A stretch of 42,811 nt of DNA, taken from the NCBI GenBank assembly GCA_002774795.1, contig PCYI01000019.1, positions 65,480 to 108,290 on the forward strand, given 5' to 3'. The DNA comes from Candidatus Vogelbacteria bacterium CG10_big_fil_rev_8_21_14_0_10_51_16 (GTDB taxonomy: Bacteria; Patescibacteriota; Minisyncoccia; Phycocordibacterales; JACRKE01). The notes below the pieces were generated by a model. The model saw only the letters and a list, made by a program, of their open reading frames with translations. It had not been told where the DNA came from and searched no databases. This document shows, in pieces, positions 10,393 through 20,098 of the stretch (position 1 is its first letter; every line of letters starts with the position of its first letter). A program made the position numbers and the translations under genes.

Positions 10393-11446
10393 AAAAATAG
10401 TCTATCTTCATCGCTCTTTTAACTTCCGCGAGAGTTTTGGTCGCCACCTCTCTTACCTGCTCGGTCCCCGCCTTCAAGATTCCCAGGACATGGTCGGGAT
10501 TCTTGGCCAGGTAGTTGCGTTGCTCACGGATGGGTGCGACCACCTCCTCTATGACTCCCGTAAGGCGGCGTTTTATTTCCATGTCGCCTAGTCCCCCAGC
10601 TCGGTAGCGGGCCTTAAGGTCTTCTACTGCTGTTTGGTTTGGGTCGAATACATCGAGATAGTCAAACACCACATTACCTTCAACTTTGCCAGGTTGCTCG
10701 ACATGAATGTGGTCTGGGTCAGTGTACATTGCCATCACCTTTTCCTCAATCTGCTCGCGACTGTCCGAGAGATAGATGCAATTGCCGAGACTTTTACCCA
10801 TTTTGGCCCCTCCATCGGTGCCGGATAGACGGGCCTTTGGGGGGATGACGGCCGTGACCCGCGGGAACACTTCCCCATAGAGAGCGTTAAACTTGTCCAC
10901 AATCTCATTGGTCTGCTCAATCATCGGCTTTTGGTCTTCGCCCACCGGCACCACGTTCGCCTTCACAAAAAGAATATCGGCCGCCTGCGAGACCGGATAG
11001 CATAGAAAGCCGGCCGGCACGCTCGCACGGGAGACTAGCTCACCGGGGGTGGCTTTGTCGGCCGCGGCGCGGTCAAATTCAAAGCCCTTGTCACGCATTT
11101 CGGCGCGGACAGTGGGGTTTTGGGTTAAACGAGAAACGGTCACTAGGTTCAAAAAGAAAATAGTGAGCTCGGCAATCTCCGGAATCATGGACTGTACGAA
11201 GAAAGTGGTCTTTGTCGGGTCCACGCCGGCGGCGATGTTGTCGATGGTGGTCTCGAGGATATTGTTACGCACCTTTTCCGGTTTATCGGCATTGTCTGTT
11301 AGGGCCTGAACGTCGGCCACCATCACGTACTGCTTGTACTCGTCTTGAAGTTTGACGCGGTTCTTTAGCGAGCCCACAAAGTGGCCCAAATGAAGCCGGC
11401 CCGTCGGTCGGTCACCCGTCAGTGCTATTTTTCGCTGTTCCGCCAT
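10391..11446 (-). CDS. trpS: Tryptophan-tRNA ligase
   Basis: LTGDRPTGRLHLGH, YPVSQAADIL, VPVGEDQ and KMGKS. Start reassigned to ATG 11446. Confidence 0.96.
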   Translation of the reverse strand: MAEQRKIALTGDRPTGRLHLGHFVGSLKNRVKLQDEYKQYVMVADVQALTDNADKPEKVRNNILETTIDNIAAGVDPTKTTFFVQSMIPEIAELTIFFLNLVTVSRLTQNPTVRAEMRDKGFEFDRAAADKATPGELVSRASVPAGFLCYPVSQAADILFVKANVVPVGEDQKPMIEQTNEIVDKFNALYGEVFPRVTAVIPPKARLSGTDGGAKMGKSLGNCIYLSDSREQIEEKVMAMYTDPDHIHVEQPGKVEGNVVFDYLDVFDPNQTAVEDLKARYRAGGLGDMEIKRRLTGVIEEVVAPIREQRNYLAKNPDHVLGILKAGTEQVREVATKTLAEVKRAMKIDYF

Positions 11447-11513
11447 GTTGCATGTATCATAGCAGGCATTATGAGTAAAGGTAAAGGCCGGGATGAGGCT
11501 CAATAATCGTCCG

Positions 11514-11547
11514 GTAAAGTTCAACTTTGCGTAAAGTTGAACTTTAC
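11514..11547. repeat. Perfect hairpin (REP-like)
   Basis: 15-bp arms gtaaagttcaacttt / aaagttgaactttac with a 4-nt loop. Confidence 0.75.
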
Positions 11548-11565
11548 ATCGCCCCGACCAAGCCT

Positions 11566-11600
11566 AAACAAAAAAAACACCAGTTGCCTGATGTGCTTTT
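11566..11600 (-). terminator. Putative intrinsic terminator of orphan islet 1
   Basis: On the minus strand, the acatcag-gcaa-ctggtgt stem is followed by a long T run. Confidence 0.55.
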
Positions 11601-11694
11601 TGTGTGAGTCGATTGAAGGGGGTACCTCCTTTCGCGTATCGACTCGGGACGCGCCACCGGTGGGGTGGACTTGATTCACGGCTGACCGGCCGAC

Positions 11695-12018
11695 TTAGTC
11701 GTTGCCGTGGGCGATAGTGTTCAGGCGGCGGCGCATGGCTTTCTCTTCGAGTTTGAGAGCTGCTTCCTTGATTGCGTCGCTGTTGCAGGACTCGGCGAGG
11801 AGACAGAGTTCGTGGTTGTAGGTGAATTCGCCGAGGATCTTGCTCAGGAACGCACATGCTACACCGATTGCCTGTATTCGGCTGATACCAGTTTCCGTTT
11901 CGAGTTCTCTTGCCCCGTCACCTACGGCCTTGTTGAGCGTGAGCAAGGCAGGGGCACTCACTCTCTCGACGATCACCTTGATGGCCTCTTGCTTGTATTG
12001 GGTGTCCTCCGATATCAT
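11695..12018 (-). CDS. Hypothetical protein (107 aa, MISEDTQYK...)
   Basis: SD gaaaggag precedes an ATG that overlaps the upstream stop (ATGA). It is the C-terminal part of ORF 11695..12303. Confidence 0.6.
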   Translation of the reverse strand: MISEDTQYKQEAIKVIVERVSAPALLTLNKAVGDGARELETETGISRIQAIGVACAFLSKILGEFTYNHELCLLAESCNSDAIKEAALKLEEKAMRRRLNTIAHGND

Positions 12019-12377
12019 TTCACTCCTTTCCGCCAGAGGCGGGGGTAAGGGTACTTGTCCGGCGGCGGGACCAGCGACCCGAAGTCGCACAGGAATCCCT
12101 TCTTCCAGAAGGTGAGCCGATGCCACACCGGCCGGTCTTCGCCCTGGAGCGACTTCGCATATGCCCACCTGTAGTAGTTTTCGTAGCCGAATGTGACCGG
12201 GCCGCCGCTCGAATGGATGAAGTCCATCAGGTCGAGCGAGCGGACGACAGTCTCCGCGAACTCGGAGCATTGGCCCCAAGCGCGCAGTTGGTCGTTTCCC
12301 CACGAACTCGCGAGGAACAGCGCCACGATGATGGGGGTTATGGCGGCTATGCTCGCCGTCCGTTTCAGCTCGTACAT
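12015..12377 (-). CDS. Hypothetical exported/membrane-anchored protein
   Basis: SD ggaaggag before ATG; hydrophobic N-terminal segment IAAITPIIVALFLA. Confidence 0.6.
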   Translation of the reverse strand: MYELKRTASIAAITPIIVALFLASSWGNDQLRAWGQCSEFAETVVRSLDLMDFIHSSGGPVTFGYENYYRWAYAKSLQGEDRPVWHRLTFWKKGFLCDFGSLVPPPDKYPYPRLWRKGVK

Positions 12378-12447
12378 CTTTTCTCCTTCCGTCAGCCGGG
12401 CGGTCTGGCCTCCCGGCGGGTTGGGGTAGTGGCTGTGGGGCGTGCGA

Positions 12448-12990
12448 CTACTCGCTCCCGTCGACTGTGCGGCGGCTGATGTCTACGAACGCACCCGAGA
12501 ATGTAATCCCTGTCATAGAACTGATTTCGCCGTAGTACTTAACTTGCCCTTCAAGCGGACCGAGCTCTGTTTCCTGCTCCGCTTTGGCGACGAGCACCTT
12601 CACGAATGCGACAAGACGAGCCAGCTCGATGGGAGTTATGGAGTACCCATCTCCCTTGTATACCACGAAGACTCCGGAGCCGACGCCTTTGAATTTCCAC
12701 GGGCCGAGTTCGAAGTTGCACTGGGGCTTGGAGATGTCGGACGCCATCTCCTTCATGTTCTCGGCGATGGCGCCGAGGGCACGCGGGAGAGTCTCCTTGT
12801 CGTTCAGTGCCTTGGCCACGGCCTCGTGGCCGTGAGGGGTGGCGGGTTGTGCGGTGCCCGCCGTTCCGTCCTGATTGCCGGAGCCGACAGTCATGAGGAA
12901 TGCCAAGGTTCCTGCAAGAACTAATAGCAGGAAGACCAGCCCTATGGCTAGATACGCGATGTCTCCAATCCTGTTTCGATACTTTCTCAC
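12448..12990 (-). CDS. Hypothetical single-TM protein
   Basis: SD gaaaggag before GTG 12990; basic N-terminus followed by TM helix YLAIGLVFLLLVLAGTLAFL. Confidence 0.62.
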   Translation of the reverse strand: MRKYRNRIGDIAYLAIGLVFLLLVLAGTLAFLMTVGSGNQDGTAGTAQPATPHGHEAVAKALNDKETLPRALGAIAENMKEMASDISKPQCNFELGPWKFKGVGSGVFVVYKGDGYSITPIELARLVAFVKVLVAKAEQETELGPLEGQVKYYGEISSMTGITFSGAFVDISRRTVDGSE

Positions 12991-13048
12991 GAGTGCTCCT
13001 TTCTGTTTCCGCCAGGGGCGGGTGTTTGGGTTCTCGTCGCGGGAGTTT

Positions 13049-13468
13049 TCACACATGCTGAACATCCCGTGGTCGAAGTTTCCTCTCCTTTTCTCGCGGC
13101 GGGTAGGTGGCGTCGCCCGGGGCGGCGCCAATGAAGCGCACTCGGCCCTCGACCTCTTTTGGTGAGGGTATGGCTACGCTTAGGTTACTCTTCAGTAAGT
13201 CATCGAGTACTTTACCGATGGCCGTGGCCAGCAGTTCCGTGGCTTTGGCGTCAGACCTCGTGTCGGAATAGAAGAGGTCATCCACCTCGAATAGCACCGG
13301 CTCGGTAGGAAAAGGATAGACCTCGGAGACGAAGCGCACGGTGACCTGCTCTTCGGTAACCTGGAGGACCTCTACATTCGCGACCGCCCGCTTGATATTC
13401 TTTTGCGCGAGGTATACCTCTGTTCGGTTCAGGAATTGCGTGAGTCCATACACCTTCACCGTGAACAT
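13049..13468 (-). CDS. Hypothetical protein, possibly tautomerase/MIF-like fold
   Basis: SD aaggag before ATG 13468. Fold guessed only from a repeated beta-alpha-beta pattern. Confidence 0.55.
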   Translation of the reverse strand: MFTVKVYGLTQFLNRTEVYLAQKNIKRAVANVEVLQVTEEQVTVRFVSEVYPFPTEPVLFEVDDLFYSDTRSDAKATELLATAIGKVLDDLLKSNLSVAIPSPKEVEGRVRFIGAAPGDATYPPREKERKLRPRDVQHV

Positions 13469-13725
13469 GTTGTGCTCTCCTTTCGGCCGTATGGGCCGGT
13501 TCCGGTTGAGTTTCCAGTCCAACTAAATTGTCAAGGCCAGACCGTCAAGAAACAGGCATCGAGGCCTTGCCTCTAAATGCAACAGGAAGGAGGGCTTCTT
13601 TTTTCTGACAGTCTAGTGTGGCTAAGCTAGTAATATTAAATCACATTAGTAGCACACATGCAAAGGGTGTAGCGCCACTACTTATGAGGCCGAAATATGG
13701 TTTTTCGTCGTGGAGATGAAATGTC

Positions 13726-14625
13726 CTACCTTCTATAAAACGAAAGGATGGTTTTGAAGTCGTCGGGCGGGAGGGTGAAGGCGGCCGCAGCCGGGTGGCC
13801 GCCACCCCCGAAGCTCTCGGCTATTTTGGCCACGTTGACCGTGCCGTCGGAGCGCAGGGAGACCACGAGTTTCCCGGGCCGTTTCCACCAGATGATGGCC
13901 ACGGGGGCACGTGGACCTACCTCACCCCCCGCCCTCTCCTGACTAGGAGAGGGGGCAATACCCGAATACATCTTATGGCCGAGCTCGGACTGCCAGAGAG
14001 GGGCGTTTATGATGAGGGCTTCGTGGCCATCTATCTTGCCTCGCTCGGCAATTTTAAAAAGGTCGTCTATTTTGTTTGCCCGATAGGCGAGCAGAAGCTT
14101 ACCTTGCGCGATAAGCTCTCTTTGCTTAGTTTTATTCTCGAGCTTAAGCATAAATCTGCCCCAGGCTCCAAAGTCCATTTCTATAAGACCAAGAGCGGCG
14201 AGAATTGCTTTACTGTTAGCTAGCTTCCAGCGCCATAGGTCACCGTCCTCGATGTGGCGCAAAAGCTTAGGTACAGGTTTGTCCGGGTGGAAGAACTGCC
14301 ACGCGAGGAAGGCACCAGAGTGCCCGAGGTTAAAGACGCGCGTGTTCGCGAGCTTGCTCGCCTCTTCGCCTGTGCCGTGGTGATCGATAACGGTGATGCT
14401 TGATGCCTTGCGCTTAAGGGTGTGCATGGAGGCTTCTGGTAGGGCAAGGTCGAGAAGGTAGACATCCGCACCTGTGACGACGTTGGGGATGTTGTCTTTG
14501 TGGTAGTAGGCAATATAGTCGGCCTTGGCGCCAAACTTCTTCCAGGCCGCCCACGCGGCTCCAAAGCCGTCATCACAGTGTTTGTGGTAGAAGATCACTG
14601 TCCTCTTTTTGGAGTTTTGTGTCAT
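13726..14625 (-). CDS. DHH/DHHA1 family phosphoesterase
   Basis: YH..CDDG..AA, LD, IDHH, D.DLW.W, SLRS and GGGGHPAAA motifs. Confidence 0.9.
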   Translation of the reverse strand: MTQNSKKRTVIFYHKHCDDGFGAAWAAWKKFGAKADYIAYYHKDNIPNVVTGADVYLLDLALPEASMHTLKRKASSITVIDHHGTGEEASKLANTRVFNLGHSGAFLAWQFFHPDKPVPKLLRHIEDGDLWRWKLANSKAILAALGLIEMDFGAWGRFMLKLENKTKQRELIAQGKLLLAYRANKIDDLFKIAERGKIDGHEALIINAPLWQSELGHKMYSGIAPSPSQERAGGEVGPRAPVAIIWWKRPGKLVVSLRSDGTVNVAKIAESFGGGGHPAAAAFTLPPDDFKTILSFYRR

Positions 14626-14637
14626 TTGTGTTTTGTG
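14606..14637. repeat. 32-bp direct repeat, copy 1 (TTTGTGY family)
   Basis: tttttggagttttgtgtcatttgtgttttgtg is identical to 15849-15880. Confidence 0.9.
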
Positions 14638-14645
14638 TCTTTTTG

Positions 14646-15683
14646 CTATAACACCGGTTGGAGAATATCTATGAGTTTGCCAAGAGCCTTATGGTACCAT
14701 TTAGGATGCCAGTCCAGCTTTTCGTAAGGGATGGATTGAAGTTTCCATCTCGCGACTATGCGCTCAAGGTCTGCAACCAGTCTTTTTTGCCGGAAGACGG
14801 CCCCCATTTCCACGTTATGGTCAAAAGAGAGCGCGTCAATGTTTTGTGAGCCGATCATTCCCTCTATGTCATCCACAAGAAGAGCTTTGGCGTGGATCAT
14901 CTCTTTTGTAAAAAAGAAGTGCAGGCCTTTTCGATATAAGCGCTCCGCTTGGATATAATTTACCACAGAACCTATCTTTGGGTCAGTGTCGCGTGGCAGG
15001 ATAACCTCCACACTCACCCCGCGTCGCTTTGCTCGCAACAAGGCATCGATGAGCCACCGATGCGGAATAAAGTATGGGCTTACAATGACGAGTCTTTGCT
15101 TGGCCGTCCGGATACGCGCTTCATAATGCTTGCGCAGACCAAGTTTTCCCAGAAGAGGCCAATGTTCGACTAGGCGCATTTTCAATCTTTTTACTGGGCC
15201 GTCCGCTTGTTTCATTTCAAGTAGGCGTTTGTCTAGGCCTCCACAGAGCGCGTACGACTTCGCAAAGCTACGCAAGAGAGTATTCACAAAGCGGCCCGAA
15301 ACGCGCATTTGTAAATCGAGCCAGCGAATGTACTGCTTTCCTACGTTTACCCCTCCAAAGAAGGCTACTCTTTCATCAATAATCAAGAGCTTTCGATGGA
15401 TGCGGCGAAACCAAGAGGAAAAAAAGAGAAGCTCGACACCAGCTGAGATGAGCTTTGCGCGCTCCTCTCTAGGAAGATCGGCTGACCCGAATCCGTCTAG
15501 AATGATGACTACACGCAGACCTTCTCGCGCTTTACGGGCGAAGATCTCTATGAAATCGTGCGCGGGAAGGACGTCGTTGCGAAAGATGTATGACTCCCAA
15601 TAAATGGAGTGCCGCGCGGCTTCCGTTGCCTTATACATGGCATCGATGGCACTGCCGGAGAGATGGTATATCTTTGAGGACAT
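14646..15683 (-). CDS. Phospholipase D family / cardiolipin synthase (ClsB-like)
   Basis: Two HKD motifs (HRKLLIID..GG.N and HAKALLVD..GSQN.D..S), plus LDGFGS and SPYFIP. Start reassigned to ATG 15683 because the upstream extension is repeat-derived. Confidence 0.88.
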   Translation of the reverse strand: MSSKIYHLSGSAIDAMYKATEAARHSIYWESYIFRNDVLPAHDFIEIFARKAREGLRVVIILDGFGSADLPREERAKLISAGVELLFFSSWFRRIHRKLLIIDERVAFFGGVNVGKQYIRWLDLQMRVSGRFVNTLLRSFAKSYALCGGLDKRLLEMKQADGPVKRLKMRLVEHWPLLGKLGLRKHYEARIRTAKQRLVIVSPYFIPHRWLIDALLRAKRRGVSVEVILPRDTDPKIGSVVNYIQAERLYRKGLHFFFTKEMIHAKALLVDDIEGMIGSQNIDALSFDHNVEMGAVFRQKRLVADLERIVARWKLQSIPYEKLDWHPKWYHKALGKLIDILQPVL

Positions 15684-15687
15684 AATG

Positions 15688-15886
15688 CTACAAAAGCACA
15701 AAACACAAATCGCACAAAACTCTAAAGGTAGCAGAATACAAGAGGGGCACAAAGCACAAAAAGCAAACAAAATACCAAAACACAAATCACAGATGTAACT
15801 AAACTCCAAGGAGTACTAGCCGGTGTCTGCTTCAGATACTTTTGCTAATTTTTGGAGTTTTGTGTCATTTGTGTTTTGTGCTTTGA
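15688..15886. repeat. Heptamer array, CACAAAA/TTTGTGY family, inverted pair including 32-bp repeat copy 2
   Basis: CACAAA-rich arm at 15688-15810; TTTGTG arm at 15849-15886. Confidence 0.85.
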
Positions 15887-15891
15887 CTTAA

Positions 15892-16566
15892 TCATAGGTC
15901 TCTTATCTTTTCCATCAGTCGATGGGCGACCAGGCGATGGTCTTCGAGGGTGTAGACAGTTTTCTCTTGAATTAGGTCACAAAGGGCAAGAGGCTTTCCA
16001 AATGTGAGACTCATGCTGAGGCGCCAGGTAAAAAACTTGCCTGCGCTAAATGGTCCAGAGTGTCTTAGGCGCACAGGAATGATAGTCGCTCCCGCCTCTG
16101 CCGCCAGGTATGAAACGCCTGGCTTTGGTGGTGGATAAAGAGCGGCCCTCCGAAGCATTCCCTCTGGAAAGATGCACACGTTTTTTCTTTTTTGTAAAAG
16201 ACGAAGGTGGTGAGCGAGTGTTTTTGATAAGTCTTGCTGTCCGATTAGCGCGGGGTACGCACCCCACGCCTTAAAGATAGAGCCCCCGGCGATAAACGCC
16301 CATGGTCCAAGGTGCTTGTATTCAGAAGCGGGTAAGGAGACAAAGAAAAGTGGCAAAACATTCGAAAAAAAAGGCAAGGCAGAAGCAATGAAAATAGGAT
16401 CTAACTCCCACGCGTGGTTACTCGCAAATATAATCCCCGCCTTCCTCCGCTTTAGGAGAAGAACATTGCCTACCCCACTTACTCGATAGTGTAGAAATAT
16501 AAAAAACAGGACCCTTATTGGAAGCCACACAAGACGCTGAAGAAGTTCGGTGATATAGATCAGCAT
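15892..16566 (-). CDS. 1-acyl-sn-glycerol-3-phosphate acyltransferase (PlsC family)
   Basis: NHxxxxD (SNHAWELD), IFPEG and K.G..YLA...GA.IIPV. Confidence 0.88.
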   Translation of the reverse strand: MLIYITELLQRLVWLPIRVLFFIFLHYRVSGVGNVLLLKRRKAGIIFASNHAWELDPIFIASALPFFSNVLPLFFVSLPASEYKHLGPWAFIAGGSIFKAWGAYPALIGQQDLSKTLAHHLRLLQKRKNVCIFPEGMLRRAALYPPPKPGVSYLAAEAGATIIPVRLRHSGPFSAGKFFTWRLSMSLTFGKPLALCDLIQEKTVYTLEDHRLVAHRLMEKIRDL

Positions 16567-16572
16567 CTTTTA

Positions 16573-16601
16573 ATTATACCACAACAACGCTATCTTGTGA
16601 A
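16573..16601 (-). promoter_or_regulatory. Sigma70-type promoter; probable leaderless plsC-like mRNA
   Basis: TTCACA-N17-TATAAT with an extended TG; the -10 ends 6 nt before the ATG. Confidence 0.6.
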
Positions 16602-16613
16602 TGTCTAAGCAGT

Positions 16614-16814
16614 TAACCCCTCACACCTCTCACGACTCGCAAGTGTTATCCCGTTGGAGAACGGCCCGCCGGCCATTGCCTAAGCACAGCGATGGCGGGC
16701 AGGGATCCAGGTTCAACCAGGGGCTGGATCCCTGCCCGCCGCAGGCACGCCGGCCGGAGCTTACCCCGTACCGGATACGGGGCCAGGATGACATACTTGG
16801 GGTGTGATGGGTTA
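16614..16814 (+). repeat. Composite REP/MITE-like palindrome, copy 2 (most nested)
   Basis: Outer inverted ends taacccctcacacc (16614-16627) and ggtgtgatgggtta (16801-16814, 1 mismatch). Backbone shared with copies 1 and 3. Confidence 0.82.
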
Positions 16815-16856
16815 CTCTATGAAAAAGCTGTGGAGGCAGCTCTCACCTGTCGTATT

Positions 16857-16902
16857 CTCTACGCCCTATTACGCCCTATGCTCTACGCGCCCTATGCCCT
16901 AT
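16857..16902. repeat. Heptamer array, CCCTACG/CCCTATG family
   Basis: ctctacg ccctatt ... ccctatg ctctacg ... ccctatg ccctat, just downstream of dnaJ. Confidence 0.7.
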
Positions 16903-16906
16903 TTAA

Positions 16907-17989
16907 TTACAGTCCCTCTGCGCGCAACTCTTCCACAAGAGCGTGGGCCTTTTTTGATAGCTTGCTTGGCATCTTTACCACTACCTTTATCATTAAATCT
17001 CCTCGATTGCCACCATGAGACGGCACACCGTAGCCTTTTACCCTCAGTATTTCCCCTGGAGTAACCCCTTCCGGCACCTTCACCTTGAGGTCACCATCAA
17101 GAGTTTGTACGCTGTACGTGCTTCCCGTTAGGGCGTCGGTAAGCTTTACCTCCAGGTCCATGTTTAAATTGAGTCCGGCCCGACGAAATGTTTTATGGGC
17201 CTCTACGTGAAGTTTTACATAAAGATCACCTGCTCTTCCGTGAGGCACCGCTTCACCCATGCCAGAAAGACGGATCATCTCACCCTGTTGGATGCCTGAT
17301 GGTATGGCAACCGAGACCTCCTCGGCTCTCCTGGACACACCAGCGCCACCACAGGTGGTACAATTTTCCTCAGGCACTTCCCCCGCGCCAAAGCATTTAT
17401 CACAAACTGTCTCTGATGTAATGTTTCCCAATATGGAACGTCGTGTTTGTCGCAAGCGACCCTTGCCTCCGCAGGAGGCGCATTTTTTTGTGGCACTACC
17501 AACCTTGGCACCACTTCCTTTACACGTGGTACAGTGGCTAACTTTAGTGATAAGCACGTTTCTGGTGGTACCAAATATTGAGTCAGCAAAACTCACCTCT
17601 ATGTCGATAGAGATGTCTCTCCCGCGAGACTGTTGTTGAGTGCGTCCCCCACCAAAAAATTCGGCAAAAATATCTCCCAAGTCTCCCGCCTCGAACCCCA
17701 TGCCATTTCCAGCAAAGTCCGTGAAATCAAATCCGGCAAAAGGCCCGCCCTGAGCCGACCCCCCGGATGGTCCACCTTGGGAAAATGTTTGCCCATAAGT
17801 GTCGTACTCCTTCCGCCTATGCTCGTCGGACAGTATTTGGTAAGCTTCGTTTATTTCCTTAAACTTATTTTCATCTCCTCCCGACTTGTCTGGGTGATAC
17901 TTTTGAGCAAGCCTTCGAAAGGCTTTTTTAATGTCATCTTTACTGGCTTTTTTATCAACGCCGAGTGTTTGGTAGTAGTTCTTTGTCAT
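16907..17989 (-). CDS. dnaJ: Chaperone DnaJ
   Basis: J domain with HPD, G/F-rich region, four CxxCxGxG repeats. Confidence 0.97.
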   Translation of the reverse strand: MTKNYYQTLGVDKKASKDDIKKAFRRLAQKYHPDKSGGDENKFKEINEAYQILSDEHRRKEYDTYGQTFSQGGPSGGSAQGGPFAGFDFTDFAGNGMGFEAGDLGDIFAEFFGGGRTQQQSRGRDISIDIEVSFADSIFGTTRNVLITKVSHCTTCKGSGAKVGSATKKCASCGGKGRLRQTRRSILGNITSETVCDKCFGAGEVPEENCTTCGGAGVSRRAEEVSVAIPSGIQQGEMIRLSGMGEAVPHGRAGDLYVKLHVEAHKTFRRAGLNLNMDLEVKLTDALTGSTYSVQTLDGDLKVKVPEGVTPGEILRVKGYGVPSHGGNRGDLMIKVVVKMPSKLSKKAHALVEELRAEGL

Positions 17990-18113
17990 GGGTTTTGTAG
18001 TTTATGGATTGAGTCAGGTGGAGTACGTAATAGCTTACGAGCACCTTGCCCGTAGAATGACCACCACAAACATACTACGCCTATGCGATAATTTCCGCAA
18101 ACGTTCTCTGTGG

Positions 18114-20042
18114 TTACTTATTCTCCCCACCTTCTACTTCTGCGTCACGAATCTTTTCATCTGTATCATTTGCATCTTTTTTGTCTGAGTCACTGGATTT
18201 TTCTGCATCATCTCCAGTTTTCGCGCCCGCCTCGTTCTCTTTAACATGCTTCATCATCTCTTCGCCAATCTTTTGCATTGACTCGGAAAGGGCTTCGCTC
18301 GCTGACTTGACCGCTAATATGTCCCCATTATCCTTAACCGTGCGCAGTGCCTCCATCTTTTCCAAGACAGCTTTTTTAACCTCTTCTGACACCTTTCCTT
18401 CCGCGTCTTTTAAGGCGCGATCGGCTGTGTGCAACATGTGGTCAGCCGTATTGCGAACATCCGCCTCCTCCTTTCTTTTTTTATCATCATCTGCGTGCAC
18501 CTCCGCATCTTTTCGCATCTTTTCGATCTCTGTCTCTGAAAGACCTCCAGAAGCTTCTATGCGGATCGACTGCTCCTTGCCGGAAGCCTTGTCGCGCGCC
18601 TTAACAGATAAGATACCGTTCGCGTCGATATCGAAAGACACTTCCACTTGAGGCATTCCGCGCGGTGCCGGCGGGATGCCTTCAAGAGTAAACTTGCCTA
18701 AAGTCTTGTTGTCGGCCGCCATCTGTCGCTCCCCCTGCACAACATGAATCTCGACGGAGGTCTGATTATCGGCAGCTGTGGAGAACACCTGTTGTTTAGA
18801 GGCCGGAATGGTTGTGTTTTTTTCTATAAGCTTGGTTGCCACGCCCCCCAATGTTTCTATGCCCAAAGCCAAAGGAATAACGTCGAGGAGAAGTACGTCC
18901 TTTACGTCTCCCTGAAGAATACCGGCCTGAATGGCGGCCCCAACAGCAACTACTTCATCGGGGTTGATGGTGCGATTTGGTTCCTTGCCAAAAAGTTTTT
19001 TTACCTCCTCTACAATGGCGGGCATGCGGGTTTGGCCTCCGACAAGAATAATCTCGTCAATCTCGTTCATTTTAAAACCGGAGGCTTCCACTGCCCTCTT
19101 TGTGATCTCAATAGAGCGGTCTATAAAAGAACTGGCAAGTTCAACCAACTTTGCGCGAGTGAGCTTCAGTAGAAGGTGTTGAGGGCCTTCCGACGTTGAG
19201 GTGATGAATGGAATGTTAATCTCCGATTCGGTAGTTGTGGAGAGCTCGTGTTTAGCTTTCTCGGCCGCCTCTTTTAATCGTTGAAGGGCGAGCGGATCCT
19301 TCGAAACGTCAATGCCGGACTCTTTCTTGTACTCGTTTGTTATCCAGGCAATCACTTCTCTGTCAATGTCTTCGCCGCCCATATGAGAGTCGCCATCCGT
19401 CGATTTCACCTCTATAACGTCGTCACCTATCTCGAGCACGGACACATCAAATGTCCCGCCTCCAAAGTCGTAGACTGCTATCTGCTCGTCCTTTTTTTTA
19501 TTGAAACCGTAGGCCAGAGCGGCCGCCGTAGGCTCGTTGATAATACGCTTTACCTTAAATCCAGCAATCTCACCGGCGTCTTTGGTGGCTTTGCGTTGGG
19601 TGTCGTTGAAGTAAGCTGGAACAGTGATAACCGCTTCTTCAATCTTTTCACCTAATTTCGCCTCGGCATCCGCCTTAAGCTTACCTAAAATCATGGCCGA
19701 GATTTCTTCGGGCCGATACTCTTTTTCACCCATTGTAACCACAACGCCATCCCCTTTCCCGTCTATACTAAAAGGGGCGGAAGCCTTGTCTTTCTTTACG
19801 GCTTCGTCGGCAATGGAGTGACCCATTAGGCGCTTGATGCCATAGATGGTGTTCTTTGGATTGGTAATAGCTTGACGTTTGGCAAGGAGGCCCACCAGAC
19901 GTTCGCCACTTTTTGCCATTGTCACAATCGAGGGAGTGGTGCGAACCCCTTCAACGTTCTCGATAATACGAGGCTCGCCACCCTCGACAATTGCCATAGC
20001 GCAGTTTGTGGTTCCTAGATCTATCCCGAGTATCTTGGACAT
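18114..20042 (-). CDS. dnaK: Chaperone DnaK
   Basis: [38 protein letters not shown] and NPDEVVA.GAAIQ. Confidence 0.98.
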   Translation of the reverse strand: MSKILGIDLGTTNCAMAIVEGGEPRIIENVEGVRTTPSIVTMAKSGERLVGLLAKRQAITNPKNTIYGIKRLMGHSIADEAVKKDKASAPFSIDGKGDGVVVTMGEKEYRPEEISAMILGKLKADAEAKLGEKIEEAVITVPAYFNDTQRKATKDAGEIAGFKVKRIINEPTAAALAYGFNKKKDEQIAVYDFGGGTFDVSVLEIGDDVIEVKSTDGDSHMGGEDIDREVIAWITNEYKKESGIDVSKDPLALQRLKEAAEKAKHELSTTTESEINIPFITSTSEGPQHLLLKLTRAKLVELASSFIDRSIEITKRAVEASGFKMNEIDEIILVGGQTRMPAIVEEVKKLFGKEPNRTINPDEVVAVGAAIQAGILQGDVKDVLLLDVIPLALGIETLGGVATKLIEKNTTIPASKQQVFSTAADNQTSVEIHVVQGERQMAADNKTLGKFTLEGIPPAPRGMPQVEVSFDIDANGILSVKARDKASGKEQSIRIEASGGLSETEIEKMRKDAEVHADDDKKRKEEADVRNTADHMLHTADRALKDAEGKVSEEVKKAVLEKMEALRTVKDNGDILAVKSASEALSESMQKIGEEMMKHVKENEAGAKTGDDAEKSSDSDKKDANDTDEKIRDAEVEGGENK

Positions 20043-20098
20043 AGTGTGTTATGAAAAGTTATTGATTAATAAAAACTAAAGACTGATGTTTTTAATGC

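Noticed and set aside
11030..11085. Extra loop of about 15 aa in TrpRS (DRAAADKATPGELVSR) as a repeat insertion
   Set aside because: No periodicity or convincing palindrome, and no second copy in the window.
15684..15809. Cys/Phe-rich N-terminal extension of the cls-like ORF
   Set aside because: It is a read-through of the TTTGTG array. The PLD-like sequence begins at Met 15683.
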